From the human T2T-CHM13v2.0 reference genome, Homo sapiens: 64,000 nucleotides of DNA. The stretch lies in assembly GCF_009914755.1 (NCBI RefSeq), contig NC_060928.1; one strand, written 5' to 3'. Made by a program: the position numbers and the translations under genes. The notes under the pieces are model-generated. The model was given only the letters and a program-made list of their open reading frames with translations. It was not told the origin of the DNA and ran no database searches. Positions within the stretch are counted from its first letter, which is position 1; each line of letters starts with the position of its first letter. Shown here piece by piece: positions 47,233 to 62,992 of the stretch.

Positions 47233-48899
47233 CTAATTTGTCCTTTACTTGCAAGGGGATATCCTACCTATCCTCAGACCACTGAACTTCCAAAAACTTC
47301 ATGGTTGTGGTGGGCCCCAGAATATCTGTGTGCTTATCTCCCATGTTTTGGACAGCAAGACAGCTAACAAACTTGCCATTTCTTGCTTATGCTGATTGGC
47401 ATGATGTCATCAAAACAGTGGGTGGCGGGATAACATAGCACTGGGGCAAGGTGCAAATTTATATTGTCCATTCAGAGTGAATATTTCTGCAGGGATGGAA
47501 AAGAATGTGTTCACCAAATCAATAATTGCATTTCATATACCTGAGGCCTTGTTAATTGCATATGCCACATCCAGCCCACCAGCTGTCATTAGGGCTATAA
47601 CTTGGTCACAACTATTTGTGGTGTCAATTGTTATTCTCCAGGATCTGACTTCTGTGAGCACCTACCTGGTGAATTAAATGAACATATGACAGGGACCACC
47701 CTGTGCCCTGAATCCTGTAGGGGTTTAAGGATGGCACTAACTTCTGCCATTTCTCCTAGGTTGCCATATTGCTATACTAATTCACTATCTTTGCTGGGAA
47801 GGCAGTTTCAGCGTCATCCACTTGAGCTTACTCACTAGGAGAGCTCTCATCCTCAGGCCAAGGAGCCAGTACCTGAGGGTTCTTCCAACAGTCTGTTCAT
47901 TCCAAATAACATGTGGGGACTTGGAAAATGGCTTCGGAGTGAGCCCTCCCATTATAGTGTAATCTGGGCCAAGGTTCCATTTATTGCTTGAGTCCTTGCG
48001 CCTCTGACGGAGAAACCATGATGATACTTTAGGTCTCCAGGTATCAATATCATATGAATGTTTCAGTATCCCTTTCCCCCTTGTATAAGTTCCCAGAGTA
48101 AATGGCCACAGGTTTCCCTGGCGGAAAGACAGGAAAAATAACTGCCATATACACTCACTATGGTGTTGCATAATCCTTCCTCCTGGGGACCTGGCCTCTC
48201 CTTCAGTCAGTTGGTTCCAGGTCTGAAGTCACTTTACGAGAACTGTATCTACCCTGCTTCTGACAGGCAGCACCACCTGGCCTCTATGTCAGGATCCTAT
48301 CTCCCTGACTGTTATCAGGAGGCATCTCCTATTATCAGCCCTGGTCTATAGCAGACACCACTGAGATTCTCAGTGAAGCCGATGCTCCCCACTCCCTCAT
48401 CAGCTTTCATTATTGCTTCGGTAAATAGAGCATCCAGAGCGCCCTTCTGCAGAACAATGTTACCTGCTGAGTTTCCCAGCCCTCCACAATATGGCCATTC
48501 TAGCATGTCCACCTCTCCTGGCTTTTCATGCCTTCTTTTACCATCTGCCCTGGCAGTTCTAATCTTTCTCCTTCACTTAGTATGAACCCTCTCCTACAAG
48601 GAACTAAAAGCCATCCTAGCAGTATGTTGGCACCACCTCTTGGAATCTTCATCGGGTTGTCAAATCCAGTGTCTCTGAAGTGATCCCGCATAAATAAACT
48701 CTCCCTTATCCAACCTTAGTTCCACCTGCCTTGATCCAGCACCCTCAGACCCAGCCCACCATAGGTACTCTCCCAGGCCTGCTTGTATATGGCCAGTTAG
48801 GTCCTGCAGTTCCTTTGGAGTAGAATCTCTTTCGTCCCTGTGCCAGTTATCAACATACTGTCTCCCAGCTACAAATTCGCCTCTCAGCTACAAATTCAC

Positions 48900-49530
48900 C
48901 CCTCGTTGCACCCCACGCCCTACAGAAAATACACCTCCTTTGCCACCTGGCACGATGTTAAGCTCCGTCAGCAGAGGGTGCTAGAGGGACGCTGTCAGAG
49001 ATGAGGCCTCTGCTGTGCTTTGCTTTGCTTTCCTTTCTTCTTGCTCCTGCAGCTCTTAACCAGTGTACTAGACACCCATGAGCAGCCCCACTGGCCACTT
49101 CCCAGCTACTTCTGCAGACATTCTAGCCAGCCCTCCAGCAAGTTTCAGTCAATCCCCGTGGGCAGCTTCCTACTGAGTTTCACAAGCACCCCTACCAACT
49201 TCTCAGTGAGTTTAGTGATACCCCATAGGTGGGTTCCCACTTGCCAGACTGACTGGCACTTCAGCCAACTTCTTGGCCACCCAGTGGGCTACATCCACAA
49301 CCTCTGACAGTCTGAATCTCGGCCTTGAGGGGAGAGACCCTGCTAAATTTGTCCCTTCCTTCGGCACCCCACTTCAGCCCTAGCAGGGGAGGCTGCTCCC
49401 TGTCTGCTCTTGCTGGATTCTTTAGAGTTTTCTCTAAAGCTATTCCTGGTAGCTACTCCTGCTAGTTAGTAATGCCTTAAACATTCCCTGTTCAAATTAC
49501 TCTACGGTTTCTGTCCCTTGACTGGACTGT
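48900..49530 (+). mobile_element. Solo LTR (LTR41-like, ERVL)
   Basis: cagcagagggtgctagagggac...cttcagccctag...ctgttcaaattact...ggtttctgtcccttgactggac. Confidence 0.6.
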
Positions 49531-49905
49531 AACAGGCCCAGTACTTTTCGACAGGGTTATTTTGTGACTTAATGACCAGGAGAGGAGGAGGGGGCCGCAA
49601 AAAAGAAAAAGCCTGAACAAAACATTTATGAATCTTTTCACAATTTCTTATGAAATGACATACGTATGCATGTGTATAACTATACAAAAAGATCTGGGGA
49701 ATTATGAACTTTGTTTGTTTTTTCTGTTTCTCCCTCCCCATCCCAAAAACTTCTCCTGAAGTATTATTACATAATGACGGAGCATGTCTTATTTTTCAAG
49801 ACAGAAGCTCTCCATTGTTCTCCAGCAAAGGTGGGGGGAAGCGCTCAGGGTGGGGCCATTTCTGCAGGTCTCAGAGGTATCTGATACTCAAGATTTATTT
49901 TTTAA

Positions 49906-50088
<183 letters not shown>

Positions 50089-50092
50089 TAAC

Positions 50093-50887
50093 TGTGAAAG
50101 GAAAATAAAATCTTGGGAATCCCAAGTCACTAAGCTAAAGGGAAAAGTCAAGGTGGGAACTGCTTAGGGCAAACCTGCCTCCCATTCTATTCAAAGTCAA
50201 ATTCTATGCCTCTGAGGTTCACCTGAGACAAATGGGGATCTGATTGCTTCCCCTCCCCACTGTTTATGTAAAAATACAGATTCACTAAATTGTGTATTCA
50301 GTGGAAGGCTGATCAAGGACTCAAAAGAATGCAACCTTTTGTCTCTTACCTACTTTTTGTTTGTTTTTGAAACAGAGTCTCATCCTATCCTTCAGGCTGG
50401 AGTGCAGTGGTGTGATCTTGGCTCACTGCAACCTCCACTTCCTGGTTCAAGGGATTCTCCTGCCTCATCCTCCCGAGCAGCTGGGATTACAGGCACCTGC
50501 CACCATGCTCGGCTAATATTCGATTTTTAGTAGAGACAGGGTTCCACCACGTTGGCCAGTCTGGTCTTGAACTCCTGACCTCAAGGGATCCACCCGCCTC
50601 AGCCTCCCAAAATACTGGGATTACAGGGGTGAGCTATCGCACCTGGCCCCTCTTATCTAATTCTAACCTGGAAGCCCCCTCTTCGAGTTGTCCCGCCTTA
50701 CCAGACCGAACCAATTACATCTTACACATATTGAGGTTTCATGTCTTCCTAAAATGTTTAAAAGCAAACTACCCCCAGCCACCTTGGGCACGTCTCAGGA
50801 CTTCCTAAGGCTGTGTCATAGGCATGTCCTTAACCTAGGCAAAATAAACTTTCTAAATTGAGACCTGCCTGTTATTTTGCATTCACA
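50093..50887 (+). mobile_element. MER4A/MER4A1 solo LTR inside AluJ (49905-50915, -), itself interrupted by AluS 50354-50649(-)
   Basis: tgtgaaaggaaaataaaatcttggga...ttcaca; outer Alu TSD gatactcaagattt; inner Alu TSD ctctta(c/t)cta. Confidence 0.85.
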
Positions 50888-51047
50888 TGGGTTTCGCCAT
50901 GTTGCCCAAACTGGTCCGATACTCAAGATTTTTTTTTTCTTGGCTCCCTGTGGTATTTCAATCAAGATTTAAATATACCAATCCAAAGGTTCCCATCCTG
51001 TATCTCAGGGTCTGGTCCCTCTTTCCTCAGATCAAGACCTTAATCTT

Positions 51048-51320
51048 GGCCAGGTGGAGGTGGCTCATGCCTGTAATCCCAGCACTTTGGTAGGCTCAAG
51101 ATGCCCAGGAATTCGAGACCAGACTGGGCAGCATGGTGAAACCCCATGTGTACTTAAAAAACAAACAAACAAACAAAAAACTAGCCGGGCATGCACACCT
51201 GTAGTCTCAGCTACTCAGAAGAATCACCTGAGGTCCGGAGGCGGAGGTTAAAGTGAGCCTGATCAGACCTCCAGCCTAGGTATCACCAAAAAACAAAAAA
51301 CAAAACAAAACAAAAACCCC
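51048..51320 (+). mobile_element. Degraded Alu with several deletions
   Basis: Alu arms recognisable. Confidence 0.75.
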
Positions 51321-51945
51321 TAGCACACCACCAGGGCTGAAAATTCAAGTTTCTCTGGAGCAATCAGGACTAAGTCTTGGGTCTACGGCTACAGGCTGTC
51401 ACTTTATAGGCTGCCCAGGAAGCCCTCTGGCTTTCACGTTTAGCCTTTAATTGCTTATCACCCACGGCCTTTTTTTTTTTTTTTTTTATTTTTCCACAGG
51501 ATCTATTATTCCCAGCCACAGCCATCCAATTCCATTGTCTTCAACTGCCTTGTACTTCTCAGATGTGCAGTATTGTCCCAGCTGGTGCAGCTGCTCCCAC
51601 TAGTAAGCCAGACAAACCCACCTTGAGCCAAAATTTTAACTCCACTGCTACCATCTGTATTGCACCCACAACTTGTGATGAGGTCATCAGTGCCAGCTTA
51701 CCTGCGGGAGACCAAACTCCAAAATCACATGTCTACTTTCTCAGACCACTCCTGCCACCAACTGTAGCAGATCAGGTTCCCTGAGACTGAGATTTGTCAG
51801 CAGAAAGTTTACTGGGGAGTGGCCTTGGAGATCAGAAGAATGGAGCCTGGGGAAGCTGAAATGTGATACATTGCAAGAAATGCCTCAGCCAATGCCACCT
51901 GACGAGGGGGGTTGGGTTGGCACAGATATATACAAGCCATAATTA

Positions 51946-53885
51946 CAGTCATGCAGGGATATGTTCTGAGAAATGCATCATTAGGTGATTTCATTGTTAT
52001 GAAAACATCATAGATCAAGGGTCCCCAACCCCTGAAGTGAGGACCAGTACCTGTCTGTAGTCTGCTAGGAACAAGGCCACACAGCAGGAGGAGAGCAGCA
52101 GGTGAGTGAGCATTCCCACCTGAGTTCCGCCTCCTGTCAGATAGGCAGCAGCATTAGATTCTCATAGGAGCAAGAACTGTACTGTGAACTGCACATGCAA
52201 GGGATAATAGGTTGCGAGCTCCTTATGAGAATCTACCGCCTGACGATCTTAGGTGGAACAGTTTCATCCCAAAAGCATCCACCCGACCCCCATCCCGTGG
52301 AAAAATTGTCTTCCATGAAACCAGTCCCTGGCGCCAAAAGGTTGGGGACTGCTGTCATATAGTGAACTTACACAAACCTAGATGGCATAGCTTACTACAC
52401 TCCTAAGCTGTATGATCTAGCCTGTAGCTCAAACCTGTACAGCATGTACTAGGCTACAAAGCTGTACAGCATGTTACTGCACTGAATACTGTAGGCAACT
52501 GTAACACAACAGTAAGTATTTGTGTATCTAAACATAGGTAAAAATACAGTATAAAAGATTAAAAAATGGTACTTATATAGGGCACTTACCATAAATGGAG
52601 CTTGCAGGACTTGGCATTTGCTCTGGGTGAATCAGTGAGTGGGGAGTAAGTGTGAAACCTTAGTGCATTACTGTACACTGATGTAGACTTCACAAACACT
52701 ATACACTTAGGACACACTAAATTTATTTTTAAAAATTTTCTTTCTTCAATAATAAATTAACCTCAATGTACTTTAACGTTTTTTACTTTATACACTTTTA
52801 AATTTTTTAAACTTTTGAACTCTTTTATAACATTTACCTTAAGACAAAAACACATTGTACAGCTGAACAAAAATATTTTTTCTTCATATCTTGATTCCAT
52901 AACCTTTTCTCTATTAAGATATTTAACTTTTTAAAAAATGTTCTTAACTTTCTTAAAACTAAGACACACACACACATTAGCCTAGGCCTACACAGGGTAA
53001 AGAGCATTAGTATCACTGTCTTCTACTTCTGTATCTTGTCCCCCTGGAAGGTCTTCAGAGGCACTAATACATATGGAGCTGTCACTTCCTATGATAAGAG
53101 TACCTTCTTCTGGATACCTCCTGAAGGACCTGCCTGGAGCTGTTTTACAATTAGCTTTTTTTTCATAAGAAGGAGTATACCCTAAAATAATGATAAAAAG
53201 TATATATAGTATCGTAAATATATAAACCAGTAACACAGTCATTTGTTTTCAAGTACTCTGTACTACATATAATTGTATATACAATTATACGTAGTATAGT
53301 ACAGTGTAGTAGGCTATGCCATCTAGGTTTGTGTAAGTTGACTGTATGACATAGCTATATACTATATACAGAGTGCTATACTTTTATACACCTGGTAGTG
53401 CAGTAGGTTTGTTTACGCCAGCATCACAACAAAAACATAATGCAGCTGGGTGCGGTGGCTCATGCCTGTAATCTCAGCACTTTGGGAGGCCGAGGTGGGA
53501 GGATCACCTGAGGTCAGGAGTTCAAGATCAGCCTGGCCAACATGGTGAAACCCTGCCTCCACTAAAAATACAAAAATTAGCCAGGCGTGGTGGCAGGCAC
53601 CTGTAATGCCAGCTACTCAGGAGGCTGAGACAGGAAAATCACTTGAACTGGGAGGTGGAGGTTGCAGTGAGCCGAGATTGCACCACTGCACTCCAGCCTG
53701 GGTGACAAGAGTGAAACTCTGTCTTGGGAAAAAAAAAAATGTAATGCATTGTGCTATGATAACAGTACAGCTATGATGTCACTAGGAGACAGGAATTTTT
53801 CAGCTCCATTATAATCTTATGGGACCACCAACATATATACGGTCTGTCGTTGACCAAAACATCATTCATTATGCAACACATGACT
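51946..53885 (+). mobile_element. Tigger3b (Golem) DNA transposon containing MER1B 52016-52354 and AluS 53445-53740
   Basis: ta|cagtcatgc ... acacatgact TIR-like ends; ttctgagaaatgcatcattagg; MER1B ca(a)gggtccccaacc...ggttggggactgctg with 8-bp TSD tcatagat/tcatatag. Confidence 0.88.
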
Positions 53886-54083
53886 CTCCAACCATATAAA
53901 TTATAATCATAGAAAAAAATTAACAAAAATATAAAAGGCACATACTAAGTTGTTAACATGGGTTAACAATAAGGGAGAGGGTTCGACAAGCAAAAAAAAC
54001 CTTGAACCTTCTCACAATTTTATATTAAAACTATGTATGTATGCATGTATATAAATATGTAAAAAAAAATTTAAGAAAAATGT

Positions 54084-54775
54084 CTTTGGGAAGCCGAGGT
54101 GGGTGGATCACTTGAGGTCAGGAGTTTAAGACCAACCTAACCAACATGGCGAAACCCCGTCTCTACTAAAAATACAAAAATTAGCCAGGCATGGTGGTGG
54201 GCGCCTGTAATACTGGCTACTCAGGAGGCTGTGGCAGGAGAATCCCTTGAACCCAGGAGGGGGGGTTGCAGTGAGCCGAGATCGCACCACTGTACTCCAG
54301 CTTGGGTGACAGAGCAAGACTCCAACTCAAAAAAAAGAAAGAAAAGAAAAGAAAATTGTGTGGAATTACAGATTTTAGTTTTTTGTTTGTTTTTTCTAAA
54401 AAAAAAAACAAACACTTTTCCTAATGTATTACAAAAAGACGCCCCAAAAATGTTGTGGAAAAAATTTATAATACTAAAAAAAAATAGTAGGCCAGGCAGG
54501 CACAGTAGCTCATGTCTGTAATCCCAGCACTTTCAGAGGCTGAGGCAGGAGAATCGTGTGAGCCCAGGAGTTTGAGACCAGCCTGGGCAACATAGCAAGA
54601 CCTCGTCTCCACACAAAAATAAAAAATTAGCCAGACACAGTAGCAAGTGCCTGTAGTCCCAGCTACTCAGGAGGCTGAGGTGGGAAGATTGCTTGAACCT
54701 GGGAGGTTCAGGCTGCAATGACCTGTGAACTCCAGCCTGGGCGACAGAGCAAGACCCTGTCTCGAAAAAAAAAAA
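54084..54775 (+). mobile_element. Two Alus: 54084-54355 (5' truncated) and 54490-54775 (AluJ)
   Basis: Alu bodies with A tails. Confidence 0.88.
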
Positions 54776-55771
54776 AGTAAGTTTATCTCTCTCCCATGTT
54801 CTGAGGTGAATGGTCTCAGTAGGTGGTATAGCTGTTTTTTAAAGTCACTCAGGGGCCCAGGATCCTTCTAGCATGTTGTTCCACAATCCTCTAGGACACT
54901 GTTATCATTTGCAGGGTTGGAGAAGAATCATTTCAGCTCCAACCGATGGGAAGCAAAGAGGCCAGAGAAGCAGGCAGGCTGTCTTGGAGCCTCCCTTGGA
55001 AATGGCACCCGCTGAGCTCACAACTCACTGACAGGCACCTGGCCACTTGGTCAAACCTGACTGCAACAAGACTGAGCCATGTAGTGTAATTGTGTGCCTC
55101 AGAAAACAAGGATGGATTCAACGTGGTAAGAAATGAGTAATCGCTGCCAAAAAGTTATCTGGAATAATTTAAAATGCCCATGATTATGAAGTGGTTGCCA
55201 TAAAAGGCAGGATAATTAATGGTTACATTTCAGCAGGGAGAGATTTTAATTGAGAAGTAAATTTTGAGGTGTTGGCAATGTAAGTGGTAGTTACATGGAT
55301 GTTCTCTTACATTAATGTGTTTTGCATTTTTAGTGTTTTTCATGACAAAGTGTTTCTAAATAAGGATCTATACTTGTTTCAAGAAGATATAACAGTCCAA
55401 TCTTTACTGAATGTGTATCTTGAGTCACCTCAGTCAGTCTAGCAGATAAGAAAATTAGACCCCAAAATGACAAGTATCACAGGTTTAATACAGTTTGGTG
55501 TGACTTAGTGTTTGTAAAAGTAAATATGTGTAGTTTATTTCCATTAATTTCTGAGTTGAAATTCCATATTTATTTGGTATGAAATAGGCTCATGGAAATA
55601 AAAGGCTAATTTACAATATTTTTCTTAGAAGAATTTGACATAACAGCTCAGTATTTCACAAGAATCCAGAGTCAATTAAAACTTTAGGTCCAGCATCACT
55701 CATCAATAATCCACCAGCAATCCAACTTTAATTTGGATTCATATGATGAAGGAATAAAACTGGTGAGAATC

Positions 55772-56295
55772 TGTGGTGGAAAGACTCCAAGGTGGCCCTA
55801 TGATCCCTGCCTCTTGGTATCATGTCCTCACATAACCCCAAACCGCTTTGAGGGTGAATGGGACTATTGATTAGCTTCTAACCAACAGAACACACCAAAG
55901 GCAGCAGCATGTATTTGATCACATTATATAAAACTGTAATGTCAGTGCTGCTAGGGAAAGTGAGCTGCCATATTGTAGGTTGCCCACATAGAGGATCACA
56001 TGACAGGAACTGGGGATGCCTTCCAGACACCAGCCAGTGAGAAACTGAGACCCTTGGTCTGAAAGTCTACAAGAAACTGAATTCTGTCAACAACCATGTG
56101 AGCTTAGAAGAGAATGCTTCCCCACTGCAGCCTCAGGAGAGACACCAGACCTGGCTGACACCTGGAGTCCACCCTTGCAGAGGACCTAGCAGAGTCAGGT
56201 CCAGGCTCCTGACGCACAGAAACTGTACAACAATAATTGTGTTTTTTAAGCCAATAAGTTTGTATTAATAATGTTATACAGCAATAGAAAATACA
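55772..56295 (+). mobile_element. MaLR solo LTR (MLT1E-like)
   Basis: tgtggtggaaagactccaaggtggcc...caacaaccatgtgagctt...cagcaatagaaaataca. Confidence 0.8.
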
Positions 56296-57123
56296 AAATC
56301 CTTATGAAAATTCCACTATTTTTACAAATCCAAGAGAGAAAAGTAGTATCATATCTTTTTCTATTACCTTCTCAATAACCTTAACAAACAAAAGCCAGAA
56401 TTTTAACGGGGTATTTTATTTTCAGAGATGAGATCTTGCTATGTTGCCTAGGCTGGACTCGAACTCCTGGGCTCAAGTGATCGTCCCAGGCATTAACAAT
56501 GTATTTTAGAACAACAATAAGAGCTTATATGAGATGGACTGACTGTCGTAAATTTTTCATCAGAGCCTCATATTATAGCTGCCAGAGGCATTTCATTATT
56601 CTTACCGGTTTTTGAAGGGGAGTATATTTCCACCTCTGTCAAGTATGCACCCTCTATTATTCAAAAAAATATGGAATAATGTGATTATGATAGTGTCTTA
56701 CACTATCAATTGCTAGGCATGTAATTCACACTCAAAAATTCTTACCAGTTTATTAGTGACTTCTACTATAATAAAGTATATAAGCAACAGATGCCTCAAT
56801 ATGAATGGATCAAAACGTTAAGTGCAAATGTATCTTAATCAAGATGTGTTTATAAGAGCTTTTGTGCTAATATTCGGCAATACTCTCAATTATTTCAATG
56901 CAATTTCATTACTCAATTATATCTCACTCACTTATACCTTATTTTGTAGAAAGAGAAACCAACCACAAACTATTGGCCCAGGCTTGCAAATTTAAAATAA
57001 AAACTGCTTTGCTAGTAGCAAAAAAAAAAAAAAAACACCAACAAAAAACAAAACAAAAAAACACCAAAAGCCCTGATGTTATAAACATTTCAGTGACATT
57101 TGTGAGCATATCACTGCTTTCAC

Positions 57124-57410
57124 TTTTTTTTTTTTTTTTTTTTGAGATAGAGTCTCACTCTGTCGCCCACGCTGGAGACCTCAGCTCACTGCAAGCCCCG
57201 CCTCCTGGGTTCATGCCATTCTCCTGCCTCAGCCTCCCAAGTAGCTGGACTACAGGCGCCTACCACCACTCCCAGCTAATTTTTTGTATTTTTAGTAGAG
57301 ACAGTGTTTTACCGTGTTAGCCAGGATGGTCTCGATCTCCTGACCTCATGATCGCCGACCTCGGCCTCCCAAAGTGCTGGGATTACAGGCGTGAGCCACC
57401 GCACCCGGCC
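57124..57410 (-). mobile_element. AluY-like
   Basis: ttagccaggatggtctcgatc, gcaagc diagnostics; TSD cactgcttt. Confidence 0.9.
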
Positions 57411-57873
57411 CCACTGCTTTTACTATTATACCACATCATAAATCCATATACACTGATCCAATAATCCTTGCCACCTAAGAGTTTACATTTCTATAGCAGC
57501 ACAATACACATATTGTCAAAAACATATCTCTTGTTCACCACACAAAATAGCAAATACTATGTACAGGTTTGATGACCTGAGAACCAAGATTAAAGCATCT
57601 CTTTTGAAAATACTAAAATACCTGATCCAGATTCTAAGGGAATGTTTGACAGAAATACCTGGAATAAGGAAGAGAGTGTTACATTTTTAAAGCAATGAAG
57701 GTTAAGGGAACACGAAAGTTAGCAAGCAGAAGCTCAGTCTGCACTGAATGAGTGTAAAAGGGGCGGGAGCTGGGCTTCATCTGTCTACATGCATTCCATT
57801 TTCAATTCTTAGTCTTTAGAACAATTAACATTCAAAGTATCAAGAGAAAGAAAGGTTCATAAAAATTACTTAC

Positions 57874-58006
57874 TCTCTGTACTCTTTCCCCAAGTCTTAG
57901 AATCCACTAAATCACCTGAATGCATAGCAGACATAATCTTCTGAGCAACACTGGAGAGCGGTGTATTACAGAGATCAAAGCCTACCAATGCCTCATAATT
58001 TTCCAT
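57874..58006 (-). CDS. POLN: POLN first coding exon (aa 1-44; whole exon 57874-58018 incl. 12 nt 5'UTR)
   Basis: tttag|GATTTTGTGAAAATGG (A at -3, G at +4); [44 protein letters not shown]; donor A|gtaagt. Not in ORF track. Confidence 0.96.
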
Positions 58007-58317
58007 TTTCACAAAATCCTAAATGTAAGATTAACATAAGATAAATCCCATATATTAATCCTAAGACTATAAAACAGGAAATACAATTATTTTCAAAAAT
58101 TTATATACCAACTTTCATTTAAAATGTCTATATTCATAACCACAGAAAATAGGCATCAATCATCCAATAATATAGATAGAAAGAAAAAAGCAAAATAGCT
58201 AGAGGCTTAATCCAGGTATCATAGTAAATAGATAACTTATTTTCTAGGTGACCAATTTAGAAGCAATCTACTCAAATACATCCTGAGGTTTGAAAAATGT
58301 TATTAAATCTTCAAATA

Positions 58318-60399
<2,082 letters not shown>

Positions 60400-60634
60400 C
60401 TATTTCTAAAAAGGAGAGAGATAACTATATTAAAAAATATTTGCATTATGTAATAATGCTTTTTCCCTGTAAGTAAAAAATTACCAGGACTAAGTACCAC
60501 TAAACACATGCTCAAGTCATAAAAAGCACTGGTATTCTGAATGTACTACATGAGAAAAAAGACAAATTAATATAATAGTTCAATTCATCAAATTAAATGT
60601 TCCATTGACCTCAAATTTTAAAAATTTAGTAGTG

Positions 60635-60640
60635 TTTATT
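60635..60640 (-). terminator. Candidate proximal HAUS3 poly(A) signal AATAAA
   Basis: Minus strand reads TGTGTATAATAAA (UGUA plus hexamer) 61 nt after the stop; U-rich TTGTCTTTTTTC about 70 nt further downstream. Confidence 0.6.
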
Positions 60641-60701
60641 ATACACAGTCTTCTAATAAATAAAAGAGGACACGTAATAAAGATTCAGTTTTCAGTAATT
60701 T

Positions 60702-60935
60702 TCAATCTTCAAGACTAACAGCCTTAATCTTTGATTGAGTTTCTAAATTCTCCACAATATCTTTCAGATAATCTTCATCTTTTAAAAAATATACATAGAA
60801 TTCTCTTTCCATTTGATGTAATTTATTATTTGCCAAAGTTTTTCTTTTTGTCTTCACATCAGCAAGAATATCAGTGAGGAGATGATTTAGCTTATTCAGT
60901 TGAGATTCAACTTTATGAAACTGCTCTGTTAACTC
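60702..60935 (-). CDS. HAUS3: HAUS3 (augmin subunit 3) terminal coding exon, last 77 aa plus TGA
   Basis: ttttttag|GAGTTA; ELTEQFHKVESQLNKLNHLLTDILADVKTKRKTLANNKLHQMEREFYVYFLKDEDYLKDIVENLETQSKIKAVSLED*, recognised as the HAUS3 C-terminus. No leading ATG, so missed by the ORF track. Confidence 0.92.
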   Translation of the reverse strand, partial: ELTEQFHKVESQLNKLNHLLTDILADVKTKRKTLANNKLHQMEREFYVYFLKDEDYLKDIVENLETQSKIKAVSLED

Positions 60936-61679
60936 CTAAAAAAGGAAAATAAAAATAAAAATTAAAACACTTTATTCCTAATACCAATTATAAAATTAAA
61001 ATATAATTTACATGGAAAGACTTTAAAGGACTTAATAACTTCCCGCAATTTTAGCAATAAATAAACCTCGATTTAAAATCCATAACAGGTTTAATATAAA
61101 TTCTAAGTAAGATTAATTGCAACAACTTCTGATAGATAATTTTAAGTGATTCAAAGGAAACTCTTGCTGAAGTGTACTCGATATGTAAGCTGTTCTGTGC
61201 ATTCATATATTCAACAAATGCTATTGTGCCAAGTACTGTTTTAGAGATTACTGATACAAGAATAAACAAAATCTCCCTGATGGAGCTTATATTCTGCTTA
61301 ATAAATCAAACCTTGTTTTAGCCTATTCTCTGTTTATTCTGGACAGAAGGTACAGAGAAAGTTGAAATGAAGACCAATAAAAGAGAATTAGCTCAACACA
61401 AATCTCCATTTTTCATTTTTTCATATTGTCTTACCAAATAGAATTACACATGACATTCCACGAAAACCATCCTAATCATATAATTTTCCTGCTCAAGAAT
61501 CTAGCCATGCCGACCCTTCATATTTATTACAGTAAATTCAAATTCCTCAGTGTCTAGCATTTAAACCAGATTATTAACAAGTTTCCATAGCTTTCTAATC
61601 AAGCATTCTACTTATAAATTTTAGCCAGTATCACCAAAGAGGTTCTCAGAAAAATCTGTTGCTCTAACTACCCTCAATT

Positions 61680-61860
61680 TTCCACAGCTTCTAGGCATAG
61701 TCCACAAGTATCATAATTATCTGAGGTACTTGTTATGAATACAGATTCCTGTACCCCCCCACTAGACTAAATTACTTAATCTCTGTACAGAGCTAGGAAC
61801 CTGCGTTTTGATACGCTCCCTGATGATTCTAATGTACAAGTTCAAGAATGACTACTTAAG
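61680..61860. mobile_element. MER5A hAT MITE
   Basis: tacagattcct...ggaacctgcgttttg...gatgattctaatg. Confidence 0.65.
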
Positions 61861-62184
61861 ACCTGTCATAAATGCCAATTCACAGAGGAGTACTTCTTAA
61901 AATACATACTTTTGAAAATCAAGTAATTTCGACATTATATCTACATTTAGTGATATCCTCTAAGACAAACTTGGTAAACTTGAATATACTGAGAAACAAC
62001 AATCTCATCTTTACCTTCAATTAAATACTAAAGATCATACAGTTGCTAAAACAACATTGCTACAGATACTGAAGTTCAGCTTCATTAATAATAGAAACAC
62101 AAGTTAAAATTGATACGGCATTTTATATCACATTGAGCTAGGGAAAAACACTAATGATACCCACTGATAAGATTAGAGTGAGAT

Positions 62185-62290
62185 TACCATATTTTAGTGA
62201 TTCTTGGATGCATTTTTTTTTCACATTTTAACATATCTGAAATGAAGATGCATCTTAATCAAGAACATCATATGATTGTTTCTGGCCAGG
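62185..62290 (+). mobile_element. Tc2-like (MER104/Kanga) DNA transposon end
   Basis: taccatattttagtgattct...ttcacattttaacatatctgaaat. Confidence 0.5.
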
Positions 62291-62992
62291 TACTCTTAAG
62301 AAATACTTTCTCATCAACATTCCTGATACACAGTGTGGAAAATTACAGACAACTCTGAGTCAAAAAATAACAGAAGAATTGAACATTGAAATGTGATGCT
62401 TTAGAACTACCCTAACCATTTAAATTGACTTATTTTTTTCCTTTTAACATATGCCCAAGAGTGGTATGATAAAAATCTATGTCTACCTACATCTAAAAAG
62501 ATCTTTTCTAGTAAGTATGAAAAACAAAAATTCTTAATAAGAAAACATTGTGTTGGTTTAACTAAGAGTTTTTCTTTTTTGGCAATTCATAAAATGATGG
62601 CGTGCCATATGGTCAATGGTGTCTAGTAGACACTTATATAGTGCTGGTAGCATTATAAACTCCTTTAAAAAGCAATCTGGCCATATCAAAGGCAAAAAAA
62701 AGTGTATATACCACCCTGGCACAAAAAACCCCAATGACCCTATTTCCAAGAATGTATCCAGATGAAAGTATCCAACAACAAAAAGCTATATACACAAAGA
62801 TACATATGATATTGTTCAAGAGCAAACAAAAGAAAAAAAAGAAGACTATCAAAATACCCAGTAACAATAACCAGCTACAAAATTGATGGCACAGTAATTA
62901 AATCAAGACAGTATAGTTAACATTAAAAGTTAAGAAAACTATTTAGAGAGTAAAAATGTTTATTTCATCATGCTAAGTAAAAACAAAACTAT

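Noticed and set aside
48866-48903. Short tandem duplications (also about 16377-16423, 38748-38797, 43781-43811, 46750-46773)
   Set aside because: Ordinary two-copy slippage events with no further structure.
56601-56645. Possible 30-nt cryptic minus-strand exon ending CCG|gtaaga
   Set aside because: Good donor but no polypyrimidine tract at the acceptor, and the POLN frame is complete without it.
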